The translations under genes and the position numbers were made by a program. 64,000 nucleotides of DNA from Alphaproteobacteria bacterium (GTDB lineage: Bacteria > Pseudomonadota > Alphaproteobacteria > SP197): assembly GCA_964291265.2 (NCBI GenBank), contig OZ219747.1, positions 992,001 through 1,056,000 on the forward strand, written 5' to 3'. A model generated the notes under the pieces. It did not search any database. It saw nothing but the letters and a program-made list of their open reading frames with translations, and was not told the DNA's origin. The stretch's first letter is position 1. The number at the start of each line of letters is the position of its first letter. This document shows, in pieces, positions 10,613 to 21,178 of this stretch.

Positions 10613-11115
10613 AGATCGCTCGCGCTGGCCGCGGGCACCACCTGCGGACCGACAGGCCTGATGGGGCAATTGCGGTTCGAATGGCCCGTCGGGAGCGTGA
10701 ATGAGCACCATCGGGAGAGTCTGCGGGCCCTTCAGACCCTGTTCGCCGAGCGTCACGAATCCGACAGGGAAGCCTCCGCGCTGCCGGGTCAGCGTCACAA
10801 TCGGTCGCCTCGACCGTCATCGGACATTCGGACTTGCCGCCGCGATGGCGGCCGCGGGGGGACTGCGGAATCCCACGCAGGGCAGCGCCTGATCCCATCA
10901 TGGTGGTTTCCTCCTGGAGCGGGCGTTCTTGTCTGACCCGAGGAGCTGTTCCGTCGTCTGGATTGTCGCGATCCAGGAGACGCGGGATGGCACAGGAGAG
11001 ACGCCCCCATGATGCAGGTGGAGGGTTCTTGTCGCTTCCCTACATGACGCACGCAGCGGCCGCACCATGGCCCGGCACCGCGGCATGACGCGACGCCCGG
11101 CAGAGCTATCCCCAT

Positions 11116-11364
11116 CCGCGCCGCCCTTCAAGATGTTTGCGAACAGCCCATTCTCGGGTGATCTCTGACCTGTCGCCCACTGCTGCCGGAGGAGGGGTGC
11201 TCCTATGGACCCGGCAAGGCCATGGGCAGGATGAATGAGGAACGAGATGGTTGTATGCCCGGTGAATTGCGCCTCCAAGACGGCCGCCGCGCCCAGCGTT
11301 CCCGGGACAATGGCCATGACGGTCGGCACCGAGGCGGCGCGGTGCGACCGGCCGAGCGCCTGTC
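11116..11364. repeat. Diverged ~250-bp direct repeat, copy 2
   Basis: Collinear with 6762-7017. Confidence 0.85.
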
Positions 11365-11400
11365 GGGCATCCGGCCGGGGAGGCCGGGACCGTCGAGATC

Positions 11401-12594
11401 TCAGTCGAGGGCAGTGAGCCAGGAGAGCACCGGCTGCCACAGCGTGGCGAGGGAGCGGCGGCCGGCAACCATGCCGACGTGGCCGGCGTTGGGTTCGATC
11501 CTGGTGGCGTGCGGGATGAGGTCCGCGAGGGATCGCGCGGAATTCGGGGGAACAATGCGGTCGCGTGCCGGAAGGGCAACGAGAACGGGAGTATCGAGCG
11601 CGGCAGGATCGATGGTCCGATCGAGCGAGATCCAGCTTCCCCGGGCCGGCAGATTGTCCCGGTACCAGCCGTGCAGGCACTCCGCGGCCACGCCGGAGAC
11701 GAGCGGGACGCCGTCGTTGAGCCAGTCCTCCAGGGCCACGAAGGTGCGTGCCTGCTCGCTCGCGGGATCGAGGCGGGCGAAGGCGCGGAACCTGGTTTCC
11801 ACGTGGCCGGGCTGGATGGAGGCAAAGAGCGCCTGGATGACATCCACCGGCACCGGTGGCGCCGAAGGGCGGGACGCGAGTGCGGCCGCGGCGGCCAGCG
11901 GAGCATTCCAGGAGATGGCCCCGGCATGGAAGTCCCAGGGGGTGGCAAGGAGGGCGAGGCCCCTGACGCGGTCCGGGCGGGCGAGGGCGCCCGAAAGGGC
12001 GATGAGGCCTCCCATGCAGTAGCCGAGAAGCGGCACCGCAGCGCCGGTGACGGCCGTGGCGGCCTCGAGTGCCGGGAGGAGCCGGTGGGTGATGTAGGCG
12101 TCGAGGTCGAAGAGTGTTTCCGCGTCGCCGGGCTCGCCCCAGTCGAGCAGCAGCGGTCTCGCACCGTTTCGGCGCAGCCATGAACAGAACCCTTCCCGCG
12201 GACCAAGGTCGAGGATGTAGGACCGGTTGATGAGGGAGGGGACCAGAAGAAGAGGCAGGCCGGACCCGCCGTAGTCGAGAAGCGATGTCGACCCGCTGCG
12301 CCACAGGACATCGCGTGCCTGGTCCGAACGCCGCCAGGGATGCTCGTGGTAGGCGCGCACACCGGCGATGAAGGATCCCAGCCGGTGGCCGGCCTCGGCG
12401 CCGACGACTGCAGCAAAGGCGTCCGCATCAACGTCGAGAAGGGTCTGGCTCAGCCGTTTCGCCTGCGGAGCGACACTGCTGTTCCAGGAGATCAAGCCGT
12501 TCCTCGCAGCGAGCGATGCGGCTGGCGAGGTCGTCAAGACGCTTGCCGAGAGTGCCAGGTGCATCGGCAGTGGCCGCGGTCCGCGTCGCGTCAT
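11401..12594 (-). CDS. PHA synthase (PhaC)-like alpha/beta hydrolase
   Basis: PSLINRSYILDL, lipase-like box GYCMGG, DRIVPP (Asp) and GHVG (His); next to phaR. Confidence 0.85.
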   Translation of the reverse strand: MTRRGPRPLPMHLALSASVLTTSPAASLAARNGLISWNSSVAPQAKRLSQTLLDVDADAFAAVVGAEAGHRLGSFIAGVRAYHEHPWRRSDQARDVLWRSGSTSLLDYGGSGLPLLLVPSLINRSYILDLGPREGFCSWLRRNGARPLLLDWGEPGDAETLFDLDAYITHRLLPALEAATAVTGAAVPLLGYCMGGLIALSGALARPDRVRGLALLATPWDFHAGAISWNAPLAAAAALASRPSAPPVPVDVIQALFASIQPGHVETRFRAFARLDPASEQARTFVALEDWLNDGVPLVSGVAAECLHGWYRDNLPARGSWISLDRTIDPAALDTPVLVALPARDRIVPPNSARSLADLIPHATRIEPNAGHVGMVAGRRSLATLWQPVLSWLTALD

Positions 12595-12724
12595 GCGACA
12601 TCCCCGCAAGCCACGTGGCGGTCCACTCGGCCAGCGCCGGATCGGACAGGGTCGTGGCGAGGTGTTCCTGCCAGAGTTCGACGAAATCCCTGGCAAGGTC
12701 CTCGAGATCGTTCCTCTCCTTCAT
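12428..12724 (-). CDS. Small hypothetical protein overlapping the PhaC-like gene
   Basis: MKERNDLEDLARDFVELWQEHL...LDDLASRIARCEERLDLLEQ; helical/coiled-coil, protein-like composition. Confidence 0.55.
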   Translation of the reverse strand: MKERNDLEDLARDFVELWQEHLATTLSDPALAEWTATWLAGMSHDATRTAATADAPGTLGKRLDDLASRIARCEERLDLLEQQCRSAGETAEPDPSRR

Positions 12725-12839
12725 GGTGGCGATGATGGCACCTTTCGGGCCATGCGGCCATGCTGCGGTGCAACAAGGACTGGCCGGGGACCACACTCGG
12801 GTTCATACTGACATCCTTCAGAAGGAAGGCCCGAAGACG

Positions 12840-13421
12840 ATGACGAAAGCCAGAAACCGCCAGGCAGAGGATACGGTCGTCATCAAGAAGTACGCCAACA
12901 GACGACTCTACAACACCGCAACCAGCAGCTACATCACCCTCGACCAGCTCGCCCGCATCGTGAAGGACGGCACGGATTTTGTCGTTCAGGATGCGAAGAG
13001 TGGCGAGGACATCACCCGCGCCGTGCTGACACAGATCATCGTCGAGGAAGAGTCCAAGGGAGCCAACCTGCTGCCGATCAGTTTCCTCAAGCAGCTGATC
13101 GGCTTCTACGGGGACAGCATGCAGACCTTCGTGCCACGCTATCTCGAGCTCAGCATGGAGAGCCTGGCGAAGAACCAGGAACAGGTTCGCGACATGGTCT
13201 CGCGCACCTTCGATCAGATGTTCCCCGCGCCGACGGATGCCGTTGACGGCATGGTCAGGAACAACATGGCCATGATGCGCCGCACCATGGAGATGTTCTA
13301 TCCCGAAACCGACCAGTCGGCCGACCGGACGGCGAACCGCAACGAGGACTTCCGCGCCCTCCAGGAGCGCATCGACAGCCTGCAGGACCAGCTTGACCGG
13401 ATCTCCCGGGAGAAGTCGTGA
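12840..13421 (+). CDS. phaR: Polyhydroxyalkanoate synthesis repressor
   Basis: VIKKYANRRLYNTATSSYITL, DAKSGEDITRAVLTQII, LLPISFLKQLIGFYG. Confidence 0.95.
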   Translation: MTKARNRQAEDTVVIKKYANRRLYNTATSSYITLDQLARIVKDGTDFVVQDAKSGEDITRAVLTQIIVEEESKGANLLPISFLKQLIGFYGDSMQTFVPRYLELSMESLAKNQEQVRDMVSRTFDQMFPAPTDAVDGMVRNNMAMMRRTMEMFYPETDQSADRTANRNEDFRALQERIDSLQDQLDRISREKS

Positions 13422-13452
13422 CGCAACGAGGGGCCGGTGCCCCGACGATGGT

Positions 13453-14787
13453 TCAGGCGACTGTCTTCAGGGTTGCACCGATGGTCTCGAAGATCTGGTC
13501 CACATGGCTGTGTTCCGCGATCAGCGGTGGCGAGAGAGCGATGGTGTCACCGGTGACGCGGACGAGCACACCGTCATCGAAACACTTGTGGAACGTCTCC
13601 ATGGCGCGAGCCGTTGGCTGACCGGGTCTCGGTTCGAGTTCGATCCCCGCCATGATGCCGATGTTCCTGAGATCGATCACGTGGTGACCGCCTTCAAGGG
13701 ACCACAGGGCGTCCTGCCAGTAGTCGGCAAGGTCCCGGGCCCTCTCGAAGAGCCCCTCTTCGCGATAGAGATCGAGGGTCGCGATACCCGCTGCGGCGGC
13801 CAGGGGGTGGCCCGAGTAGGTGTAACCGTGGAACAGCTCGATACCGGCCGAGGAACCCGCCATGAAGGCGTCGTGTACCTTCCTGGAACAGAAGACGGCG
13901 CCCATGGGAACGGTGGCGTTGGTGAGTCCCTTGGCCGTCGTCGCCATGTCGGGAATGACGTCGAAGTACTCGCTGGCAAAGCTGGCGCCCAGGCGTCCGA
14001 ATCCGGTGATGACCTCGTCGAAGATGAGCAGGATGTCGTGCCTGTCGCAAATCTCGCGCAGGCGCTTCAGGTACCCCTTTGGCGGGACCAGGACACCGGT
14101 GGATCCGGCGACCGGTTCGACGATGACCGCGGCGATGGTCGATGCATCATGGAGTGCCACGAGGCGCTCGAGATCGTCGGCCAGGTGGGCGCCCCACTCG
14201 GGCTGCCCCTTGGTCCAGGCCTGGTGTTCGAGATCGTGAGTATGGCGGATGTGGTCGACGCCAGCGATCAGGCTGCCGTAGAACTGCCTGTTCTTGACGA
14301 TTCCGCCGACGGACGTGCCACCGAAATTCACCCCGTGATAGCCGCGCTCGCGGCCGATCAGGCGGAATTTCGATCCCTTGCCCCTGACGTTGTGGTAGGC
14401 CAGCGCGATCTTGAGGGCGGTGTCTGCGGATTCCGATCCCGAATTGGTGAAGAACACGTGATCAAGGTCGCCGGGCGCCAGGTCGGCGAGCCGTTTGGCG
14501 AATTCGAAGGGAGCGGGGTGGCCGAGCTGGAAAGTCGGCGCGAAATCCATCTTGTCCGCCTGCGCCTTGATGGCCTCGGCGATGCGGGTGCGTCCATGAC
14601 CGGCATTGCAGCACCACAGGCCCGCGGTGCCGTCGAGGATCTTCCTGCCGCCGGGCGTCATGTAGTGCATGTCCCGGGCGCTTGCCAGAAGCCGGGGGGA
14701 AGACTTGTAGTCCTTGTTCGAGGTGAACGGCATCCAGAACGACTCGAGGTCGTTGGGCAGATCGGGATAGTTCAGGTCATCCATCAT
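13453..14787 (-). CDS. Class III aminotransferase (omega-amino acid/beta-alanine:pyruvate type)
   Basis: FWMPFT, DGTAGLWC, NSGSES.DTALK, GYHG, FDEVITGFGRLG, AKGLT, HGYTYSGHP. Confidence 0.93.
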   Translation of the reverse strand: MMDDLNYPDLPNDLESFWMPFTSNKDYKSSPRLLASARDMHYMTPGGRKILDGTAGLWCCNAGHGRTRIAEAIKAQADKMDFAPTFQLGHPAPFEFAKRLADLAPGDLDHVFFTNSGSESADTALKIALAYHNVRGKGSKFRLIGRERGYHGVNFGGTSVGGIVKNRQFYGSLIAGVDHIRHTHDLEHQAWTKGQPEWGAHLADDLERLVALHDASTIAAVIVEPVAGSTGVLVPPKGYLKRLREICDRHDILLIFDEVITGFGRLGASFASEYFDVIPDMATTAKGLTNATVPMGAVFCSRKVHDAFMAGSSAGIELFHGYTYSGHPLAAAAGIATLDLYREEGLFERARDLADYWQDALWSLEGGHHVIDLRNIGIMAGIELEPRPGQPTARAMETFHKCFDDGVLVRVTGDTIALSPPLIAEHSHVDQIFETIGATLKTVA

Positions 14788-14922
14788 GCATTCCTCGATG
14801 TCAGGGCGACGACTATAGACCAGGCTCGCGTGGGCGCAAAGCCGCCCGGCGCTCCGTCGTGGTCGCGTTGACGTGTCCTTCCGGTGGACCAATACTTTGT
14901 GCAGGTGCGAAGGAAGCGTTTC

Positions 14923-17058
14923 ATGACGGAGTTTCCAGGAGCCTGGCTCGCCCAGGCCGGAAAGGAACTCAAGGGCGGTTCCGCCGAGAGTCTCGTCAGG
15001 GAGACGGTCGAGGGCATTGCCGTCAAGCCACTCTACACCGAGGCGGATCTCGAGACCCTTGGCCATGCCGCCACCCTGCCGGGGCTCTTTCCCTATGTGC
15101 GTGGCGTGCGCGCGACGATGTATGCCAACAGGCCATGGACCGTCCGCCAGTACGCGGGGTTCTCCACCGCCGAGGAATCCAACGCCTTCTATCGGCAGGC
15201 CCTGGCAGGCGGGCAGAAAGGTCTGTCGGTGGCCTTCGATCTCGCGACCCACCGCGGCTACGACAGCGACCATCCCAGGGTGGCCGGTGATGTCGGCAAG
15301 GCGGGTGTGGCCATCGACTCCGTCGAGGACATGAAGATCCTGTTTGACGGCATCCCCCTCGACGGGATGTCGGTCTCCATGACCATGAACGGGGCCGTCC
15401 TTCCGGTGCTCGCCATGTTCGTCGTGGCGGCGGAGGAGCAGGGCGTCGCTGCCGACCGCCTGACCGGGACCATACAGAACGACATCCTCAAGGAGTTCAT
15501 GGTCCGCAACACCTACATCTATCCTCCGGCGCCCAGCATGCGCATCGTCGCCGACATCATTGCGTGGTGCGCGGCTTCGATGCCCCGCTTCAACTCGATT
15601 TCCATCAGCGGCTATCACATGCAGGAAGCGGGGGCGACGGCGGTCCAGGAGCTTGCCTACACGCTGGCCGACGGGGTCGAGTACGTGCGTGCCGCCCGTG
15701 ACCGAGGTCTCGACATCGACGCCTTCGCGCCCCGGCTCTCCTTCTTCTTCGGCATCGGCATGAACTTCTTCATGGAGATTGCCAAGCTCCGTGCGGCGAG
15801 GCTGTTGTGGGCCCGGCTCATGGAACCCTTCAACCCCCGGGATCCGCGGTCGGCGATGCTGCGCACCCACTGTCAGACCAGCGGCGTGTCGCTGACCGAA
15901 CAGGACCCCTTCAACAACATCGTGCGCACCACCGTCGAGGCCATGGCGGCCGTGCTCGGAGGCACCCAGAGTCTCCACACCAACAGCTATGACGAGGCCC
16001 TTGCCCTGCCCGGCGACGAGGCGGCCCGCATTGCCCGCAACACGCAGCTGATTCTCGCCGGTGAAACCGGCATGACCCATGTTGTCGATCCTCTCGGTGG
16101 CAGCTACTTCGTCGAATCGCTCACCGCCTCTCTCGTCGAGGCCGCTTGCGCCCTGATCGACGAGGTCGAGGAACTCGGAGGCATGACGCGCGCCATCGAG
16201 GCGGGCCTGCCGAAGTTGCGCATCGAGGAGAGCGCGGCGCGCCGCCAGGCGCGAATCGAGCGCGGCGACGACACGGTGGTGGGGGTCAACCGCTACCGGA
16301 ACGAAGCGGAGCCGGAGGTCGACATTCGCGAGATCGACAACACCGCGGTACGCGTTGCCCAGATCCGGCGCCTCAAAGAGGTGCGCCGCAACCGTGATGA
16401 GCGGGTGGTGAGAGAGGCTCTCGATGCCCTTGGCGCCGGTGCGGCCGGCGACGGGAATCTCCTTGAACTCTCCATGGCTGCGGCAAGGGTGCGGGCCACG
16501 CTCGGCGAAATCTCGGATGCCATGGAGGGAGTCTTCACCCGGCACAGCGCGGTGCTGCGGCCGGTTTCCGGCGTCTATGGCGCCGCATGGCAGGGGGCGG
16601 CGGAGTTCGACGAGGTGAGGGCGCTCGTCGACGCCTTCTCCGGCGAGGAGGGGCGTCAGCCGCGCATGCTTGTCGCCAAGCTCGGCCAGGACGGCCACGA
16701 CCGGGGCGCCCGGATCATTGCCAGCGCCTTTGCCGATCTCGGGTTCGATGTCGATGTCGGCCCTCTCTTCCAGACCCCCGCGGAGGCGGCGCAACAGGCC
16801 CTCGAAAGCGATGTCCATGTCATCGGCGTCTCCACCCAGGCGGCAGGTCACCGGACCCTGGTGCCGCAGCTTGTCGCTGCCCTGGCAGAGCTCGCTGCAA
16901 CGGACATCCGGGTCGTGGTGGGCGGCGTGGTGCCGCCGCAGGACCATGCCATGCTCCTTGACGCCGGAGTGTCGGCCATTTTCGGTCCCGGAACGCGCAT
17001 TCCGGCAGCGGCGGCGCAGGTCCTCGAGCTCATCCGGTCGCAGCGCCAGGCCGCCTGA
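14923..17058 (+). CDS. scpA: Methylmalonyl-CoA mutase (B12-dependent)
   Basis: [32 protein letters not shown]12-binding GQDGHDRG. Confidence 0.96.
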   Translation: MTEFPGAWLAQAGKELKGGSAESLVRETVEGIAVKPLYTEADLETLGHAATLPGLFPYVRGVRATMYANRPWTVRQYAGFSTAEESNAFYRQALAGGQKGLSVAFDLATHRGYDSDHPRVAGDVGKAGVAIDSVEDMKILFDGIPLDGMSVSMTMNGAVLPVLAMFVVAAEEQGVAADRLTGTIQNDILKEFMVRNTYIYPPAPSMRIVADIIAWCAASMPRFNSISISGYHMQEAGATAVQELAYTLADGVEYVRAARDRGLDIDAFAPRLSFFFGIGMNFFMEIAKLRAARLLWARLMEPFNPRDPRSAMLRTHCQTSGVSLTEQDPFNNIVRTTVEAMAAVLGGTQSLHTNSYDEALALPGDEAARIARNTQLILAGETGMTHVVDPLGGSYFVESLTASLVEAACALIDEVEELGGMTRAIEAGLPKLRIEESAARRQARIERGDDTVVGVNRYRNEAEPEVDIREIDNTAVRVAQIRRLKEVRRNRDERVVREALDALGAGAAGDGNLLELSMAAARVRATLGEISDAMEGVFTRHSAVLRPVSGVYGAAWQGAAEFDEVRALVDAFSGEEGRQPRMLVAKLGQDGHDRGARIIASAFADLGFDVDVGPLFQTPAEAAQQALESDVHVIGVSTQAAGHRTLVPQLVAALAELAATDIRVVVGGVVPPQDHAMLLDAGVSAIFGPGTRIPAAAAQVLELIRSQRQAA

Positions 17059-17072
17059 ACGGGACGGCCCCC

Positions 17073-18020
17073 TTGATTGCCGAAGCCCTCAGATCCGGTG
17101 ACCGCCGGGCCCTTGCCCGCGCCATCACCCTGGTGGAGTCGACGCGCGGCGAGGACGAAGAGGCGGCCGCGCGCCTTCTCGAGGATCTGGCACATGTGGT
17201 GCCGGCACGTCGGCGCATCGGCATTTCCGGCGCTCCGGGCGTCGGCAAGTCCACCTTCATCGAGGCCTTCGGCCTGAAGGCCCTCGACGAGGGCTGGCGG
17301 GTTGCCGTCATCACCGTCGATCCTTCCTCGACGAGGAGCGGCGGCTCGATCCTCGGCGACAGGACCAGGATGGAGCGCCTGTCGCGCCACGCCGGAGCAT
17401 TCATCCGCTCATCGCCCGCCCGCGGCACCCTGGGCGGCGTGGCGCGGCGCACACGGGACGTCATCCGCCTTGTCGAGGCGGCAGGCCATGACCTGGTGAT
17501 CGTCGAGACCGTCGGTGTCGGCCAGTCCGAGGTGGCGGCCTCGGCCATGACCGACATGTTCGTCCTGCTCATGGCGCCCGGTGCCGGCGACGGGCTTCAG
17601 GGAATGAAGCGCGGCATCATGGAACTGGCCGACCTCGTGGTCGTCAACAAGGCGGACGGCGATCTTGCCGGACTGGCGCGCCACATGGTGGCGGACCTTC
17701 GCCAGGCGCTCGCGCTCCTGCGCCAGGAACGGTTCTTCTGGGCGACGCGCGCGATGCCCTGTTCGGCACTCACCGGGGCCGGTCTCGGCGATGTGCGGAG
17801 CGCCGTCGATGAGTGGTTCGCCGCTGCCGGCCCTCACCTCGACGAGGAACGCCGCAGGCAGGCGGTCGAGGCCATCAGGAACGAGGTCGCCGATCTCGTC
17901 CTGGCGCGGCTGATGCCCGGGAACGGCGGCAACGCCCCTTCATGGGCACTCGCTGACGACGTTGCCTGCGGACGCCTGTCGCTGCGAACCGCCGCGGGCA
18001 AGATTCTCGACGACCCGTGA
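17073..18020 (+). CDS. meaB: Methylmalonyl-CoA mutase-associated GTPase
   Basis: LARAITLVES, GAPGVGKST, VDPSS..SGGSILGD.TRM, ETVGVGQSE, NKAD. Start uncertain. Confidence 0.94.
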   Translation: MIAEALRSGDRRALARAITLVESTRGEDEEAAARLLEDLAHVVPARRRIGISGAPGVGKSTFIEAFGLKALDEGWRVAVITVDPSSTRSGGSILGDRTRMERLSRHAGAFIRSSPARGTLGGVARRTRDVIRLVEAAGHDLVIVETVGVGQSEVAASAMTDMFVLLMAPGAGDGLQGMKRGIMELADLVVVNKADGDLAGLARHMVADLRQALALLRQERFFWATRAMPCSALTGAGLGDVRSAVDEWFAAAGPHLDEERRRQAVEAIRNEVADLVLARLMPGNGGNAPSWALADDVACGRLSLRTAAGKILDDP

Positions 18021-18835
18021 TCGGCCCCGCCTCCGGAACACAATCGATCATCCGTGCCATTCCCCTGGTCCCCGGACGATCCCGGCGGCGGTCCGGAAGT
18101 CTCCGTACCGTGCGACACCCAGGGTTTCGACCAGCGGGACGCGCAAGCCATGCCGCCGGAAACAGGAACAAGTTTCGAGATCGCCGAATTGTGTAAAGCG
18201 CAGGGTTTACGGTCCGCGAGGCATGCAGAGGGTGGCGCAGGAAGCTGAGGACACGCTCCAGCGGAGTGACCGGTTCGAACAGGGATCAGTTCCGGCAGGT
18301 CTGCCCGTACCCGTCTGCCAGACGATATCGAGGTTGATGCCCCATTGAGGCGTGACGGGCCAACCGTTGGTTTACAGAGATACAAAGTATCTACTCACCC
18401 CCTCTGATGACGAATCGTTTTTCCTGACGGGTTCGGATCCGACATTTTCTCTTGCCCCCTTCACTCGCTCGCTGCCGATGACCTGATGTGCGGGGACTGT
18501 CTGACAAGAAGCGGTTCGATCTTCGGTTTCAGCTCCACGTTCCGTCCGTCGACAACCTCGACGGCGCAACACTCCAACAATCGTCTCATCTGACGATGGA
18601 CGAGGTCAGGATGTCGGAGACCAGCAGTTGCGCGATTGCTGGCGCGAGGCCCGGTGTCCTCGGGGTCGGCCGCTGTCTCCCCGGGCGTTGAGGCGGGTGT
18701 GTCTCTCTGCTCGGCGTTGTGCACGCTGTTCTGCTTCCCGAGGATGCAGGCCCAGCGCCCTACGACAGATCATCTGTGACCCTTGCATGGCCGTTCATCG
18801 GGCAGGACGTCCACGCCTGGAACTCGGCTCATCTC

Positions 18836-18872
18836 TTGACAGGAGCACAGAAAATGTTACCTTGACGGTAAC
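18836..18872 (+). promoter_or_regulatory. Sigma70-like promoter overlapped by a palindromic operator upstream of the higB-like gene
   Basis: TTGACA (18836-41), 16 nt, TGnTACCTT; inverted repeat GTTACC-TTGAC-GGTAAC (18856-18872). Confidence 0.6.
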
Positions 18873-18889
18873 GATTACCGTTGATCTCA

Positions 18890-19225
18890 ATGGAAATCAC
18901 CTTCCGGACCCGCAAGCTCGAAAAGGCGTTCAACTCGGCGAATGCCCTGGAGAAGACCTATGGAGCGAGGATGGCGAGAGTCATGATGACGCGGATGGCT
19001 GTGCTCAAGGCGGCGCGCAGTTTGGTGCTGGTGCCGGCTACGCCACCGGACAGGCGGCATCAACTCAGCGGAAATCGGAACGAGCAGTTCGCTGTGGATC
19101 TCGTCCAGCCTTATCGGCTCGTGTTTGAAGTCAACCACGAGCCGGTACCACGCAGGGACGATGGCGGGATAGACACGGAGCGGGTGACGGCGATCACGAT
19201 TCTCGATGTGGTCGACCATCACTGA
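18890..19225 (+). CDS. higB: HigB/RelE-like toxin (plasmid maintenance killer family)
   Basis: MEITFRTRKLEK, P..R.HQLSGNRNEQFAVDL.QPYRLVFE, I.DVVDHH; toxin-first order. Confidence 0.88.
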   Translation: MEITFRTRKLEKAFNSANALEKTYGARMARVMMTRMAVLKAARSLVLVPATPPDRRHQLSGNRNEQFAVDLVQPYRLVFEVNHEPVPRRDDGGIDTERVTAITILDVVDHH

Positions 19226-19239
19226 CCGGGGAGGAACAG

Positions 19240-20325
19240 ATGACGACAGCGACCAACCAATACAGCCCGGACTATGCGGTTCCTCCCGGATGGGTCCTTG
19301 AGGAGCGTCTTGAGGTCGAGGGGCTTTCGCAGGCCGAATTCGCGCGCCGATGCGGTCGTTCTCCGAAGCTGATCAGCGAGATCATCGCCGGTCAGGCACC
19401 GCTGGAGCCGGGAACCGCGCTGCAGTTTGAAAAGGTACTTGGCGTCGATGCCGGTATCTGGCTTGGCATCGAGGCCGACTACCGACTTCACCGGGCCCGG
19501 GAGGCCGAAGCCGATGAGGCCGCGGCTCTGGCAGAATGGGTCAAGGCCTTCCCCGTCGGGCACATGGTAAAGCGAGGCTGCTTCCAGCGTCCGGAATCCG
19601 ATGCCGACACCGTATCCAAGTTGCTTGCGTTCTTCCGTGTGGGTTCAGTCGATGCCTGGACTGCTCGCTACGGCCTCGCCAATGTTGCCTATCGCCACTC
19701 CCCGACCTTCAGGAGCGACGAGGCCGCACTGGCTACCTGGCTCCGACTGGGCGAGATCGAAGCCGAACTGCAGGAGTGCGCGGACTACAGCGAAAGCCGC
19801 TTCAGGCACGCGGTCCGGACTGTCCGCGGACTGACGCGTGAAGAGATCGTTGAGGCGTTGCCGCAGGCTGAAAGGCTATGCAATGAGGCAGGCGTTGCGC
19901 TGGCCCTGGTGAAGCCCTTGCCAAGAACGGCGCTCAGCGGTGCGGCCTGGTGGCTGTCTCCCAGGAAGGCCGTCATCCAGCTGACTGCCCGACACAAGAC
20001 AGATGACCATCTGTGGTTCAGCTTCTTCCATGAAGCGGCGCATCTTCTGCTTCACAGCAAGAAGGGAGTTTTTGTCGACGAATCCAACGAAAACGGAACC
20101 GAACTTGAAACGCAGGCCAATGAATGGGCATCCAACACGCTGATTCCTCCGCGCGCGTGGCAACGGTTTGCCGGGACTTCACCACGCAGCGCGCATGTCG
20201 TCAGGGCATTCGCCGAGGAACAGGGCATAGCCCCCGGCATTGTCGTCGGCATGCTCCAGCACAAGGGGCTCCTTCCCTGGACACATCTGAACGCCCTCAA
20301 AGTCCGGTTGGATTGGACGTCGTAG
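19240..20325 (+). CDS. higA: HigA-type XRE-HTH antitoxin fused to an ImmA/IrrE-like metallopeptidase domain
   Basis: AVPPGWVLEERL, SQAEFARRCG...ISEII.G HTH; WFSFFHEAAH (HExxH) and E.QAN.WA motifs. Confidence 0.88.
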   Translation: MTTATNQYSPDYAVPPGWVLEERLEVEGLSQAEFARRCGRSPKLISEIIAGQAPLEPGTALQFEKVLGVDAGIWLGIEADYRLHRAREAEADEAAALAEWVKAFPVGHMVKRGCFQRPESDADTVSKLLAFFRVGSVDAWTARYGLANVAYRHSPTFRSDEAALATWLRLGEIEAELQECADYSESRFRHAVRTVRGLTREEIVEALPQAERLCNEAGVALALVKPLPRTALSGAAWWLSPRKAVIQLTARHKTDDHLWFSFFHEAAHLLLHSKKGVFVDESNENGTELETQANEWASNTLIPPRAWQRFAGTSPRSAHVVRAFAEEQGIAPGIVVGMLQHKGLLPWTHLNALKVRLDWTS

Positions 20326-20868
20326 CTGTATGCGTCTCGGCGCTCTGACCACCGAGCACACGGTCGTTGTCTGCGCCGCCATCACAATGCGCCGAGCGCC
20401 AGGGACTTTCGGAGGCGCCGATCGAGTGGATCAAACAAGTGCCGGGATCTGACGCTTCAGAGTGCGCGGCCTTCACAAGGTGCGTGGCGCGTGAGATTGG
20501 GTATGTCCGGCTCGTACTATCCTGACGACATCAGCCGATGCCGACGTGGAACGGGTGCGTGACCGCATGTCGACAACGGCGGCATCGTCTCTGTGTGATC
20601 CGCATGGCCCCAAGTCCATCTCGCGGCGCTCCTGGCAGGGGTGCTCGAGCTTGTTGCCGACCGCGGTGCGGGACGCATCGGCCATCTCGGACCTGATGGT
20701 GGTCGAAGCCGAGGCCCCGTTTCCATCGCTCGGCGTCCTGCTCGCCCATGTCGATCACGCGGTCGAGGTTCCCGGAGGAAACGTGTTGCGGGGCATGCCG
20801 GGGGAGTTGACCCGGAGCGCGGGGGGCTGTAGGTACGGCGTCGCCCTGGAGTGCCGGAGGCTGAAGAG

Positions 20869-21168
20869 ATGTCGCGCACATGTTCCCTGACCGGCAAGTC
20901 GGTCATGTCGGGAAACAACCGCAGCCACGCCGAGAACAAGACGAGGCGCGTGTTCCGGCCGAACCTGGTGAGGGCCAGCCTGTGGTCCGAAACGCTCGGC
21001 GAGCGGGTGCGCCTGCGCATTTGCGCCAACGCGTTGCGCACGGTCGAGAAACACGGCGGCATCGATGCCTTCCTGATGCAGGAACGCGACAGCCGGCTGG
21101 CCGGTCCGGCGCTGAAGCTCAAGCGCCGCGTCGCGAAGGCGGCAACGCGGCGGAACGCAGGCGCCTGA
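20869..21168 (+). CDS. rpmB: 50S ribosomal protein L28
   Basis: [33 protein letters not shown]. Confidence 0.96.
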   Translation: MSRTCSLTGKSVMSGNNRSHAENKTRRVFRPNLVRASLWSETLGERVRLRICANALRTVEKHGGIDAFLMQERDSRLAGPALKLKRRVAKAATRRNAGA

Positions 21169-21178
21169 CGTTCCCGTC

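Noticed and set aside
13453-16947. 1164-aa ORF as a giant aminotransferase fusion
   Set aside because: The first ~720 aa are the antisense shadow of scpA; the real gene starts at about 14787.
18020-18830. Short ORFs between meaB and higB (also 7020-7780, 20330-20800, 29100-29900)
   Set aside because: No recognisable motifs or RBS-supported starts; treated as unassignable intergenic debris.
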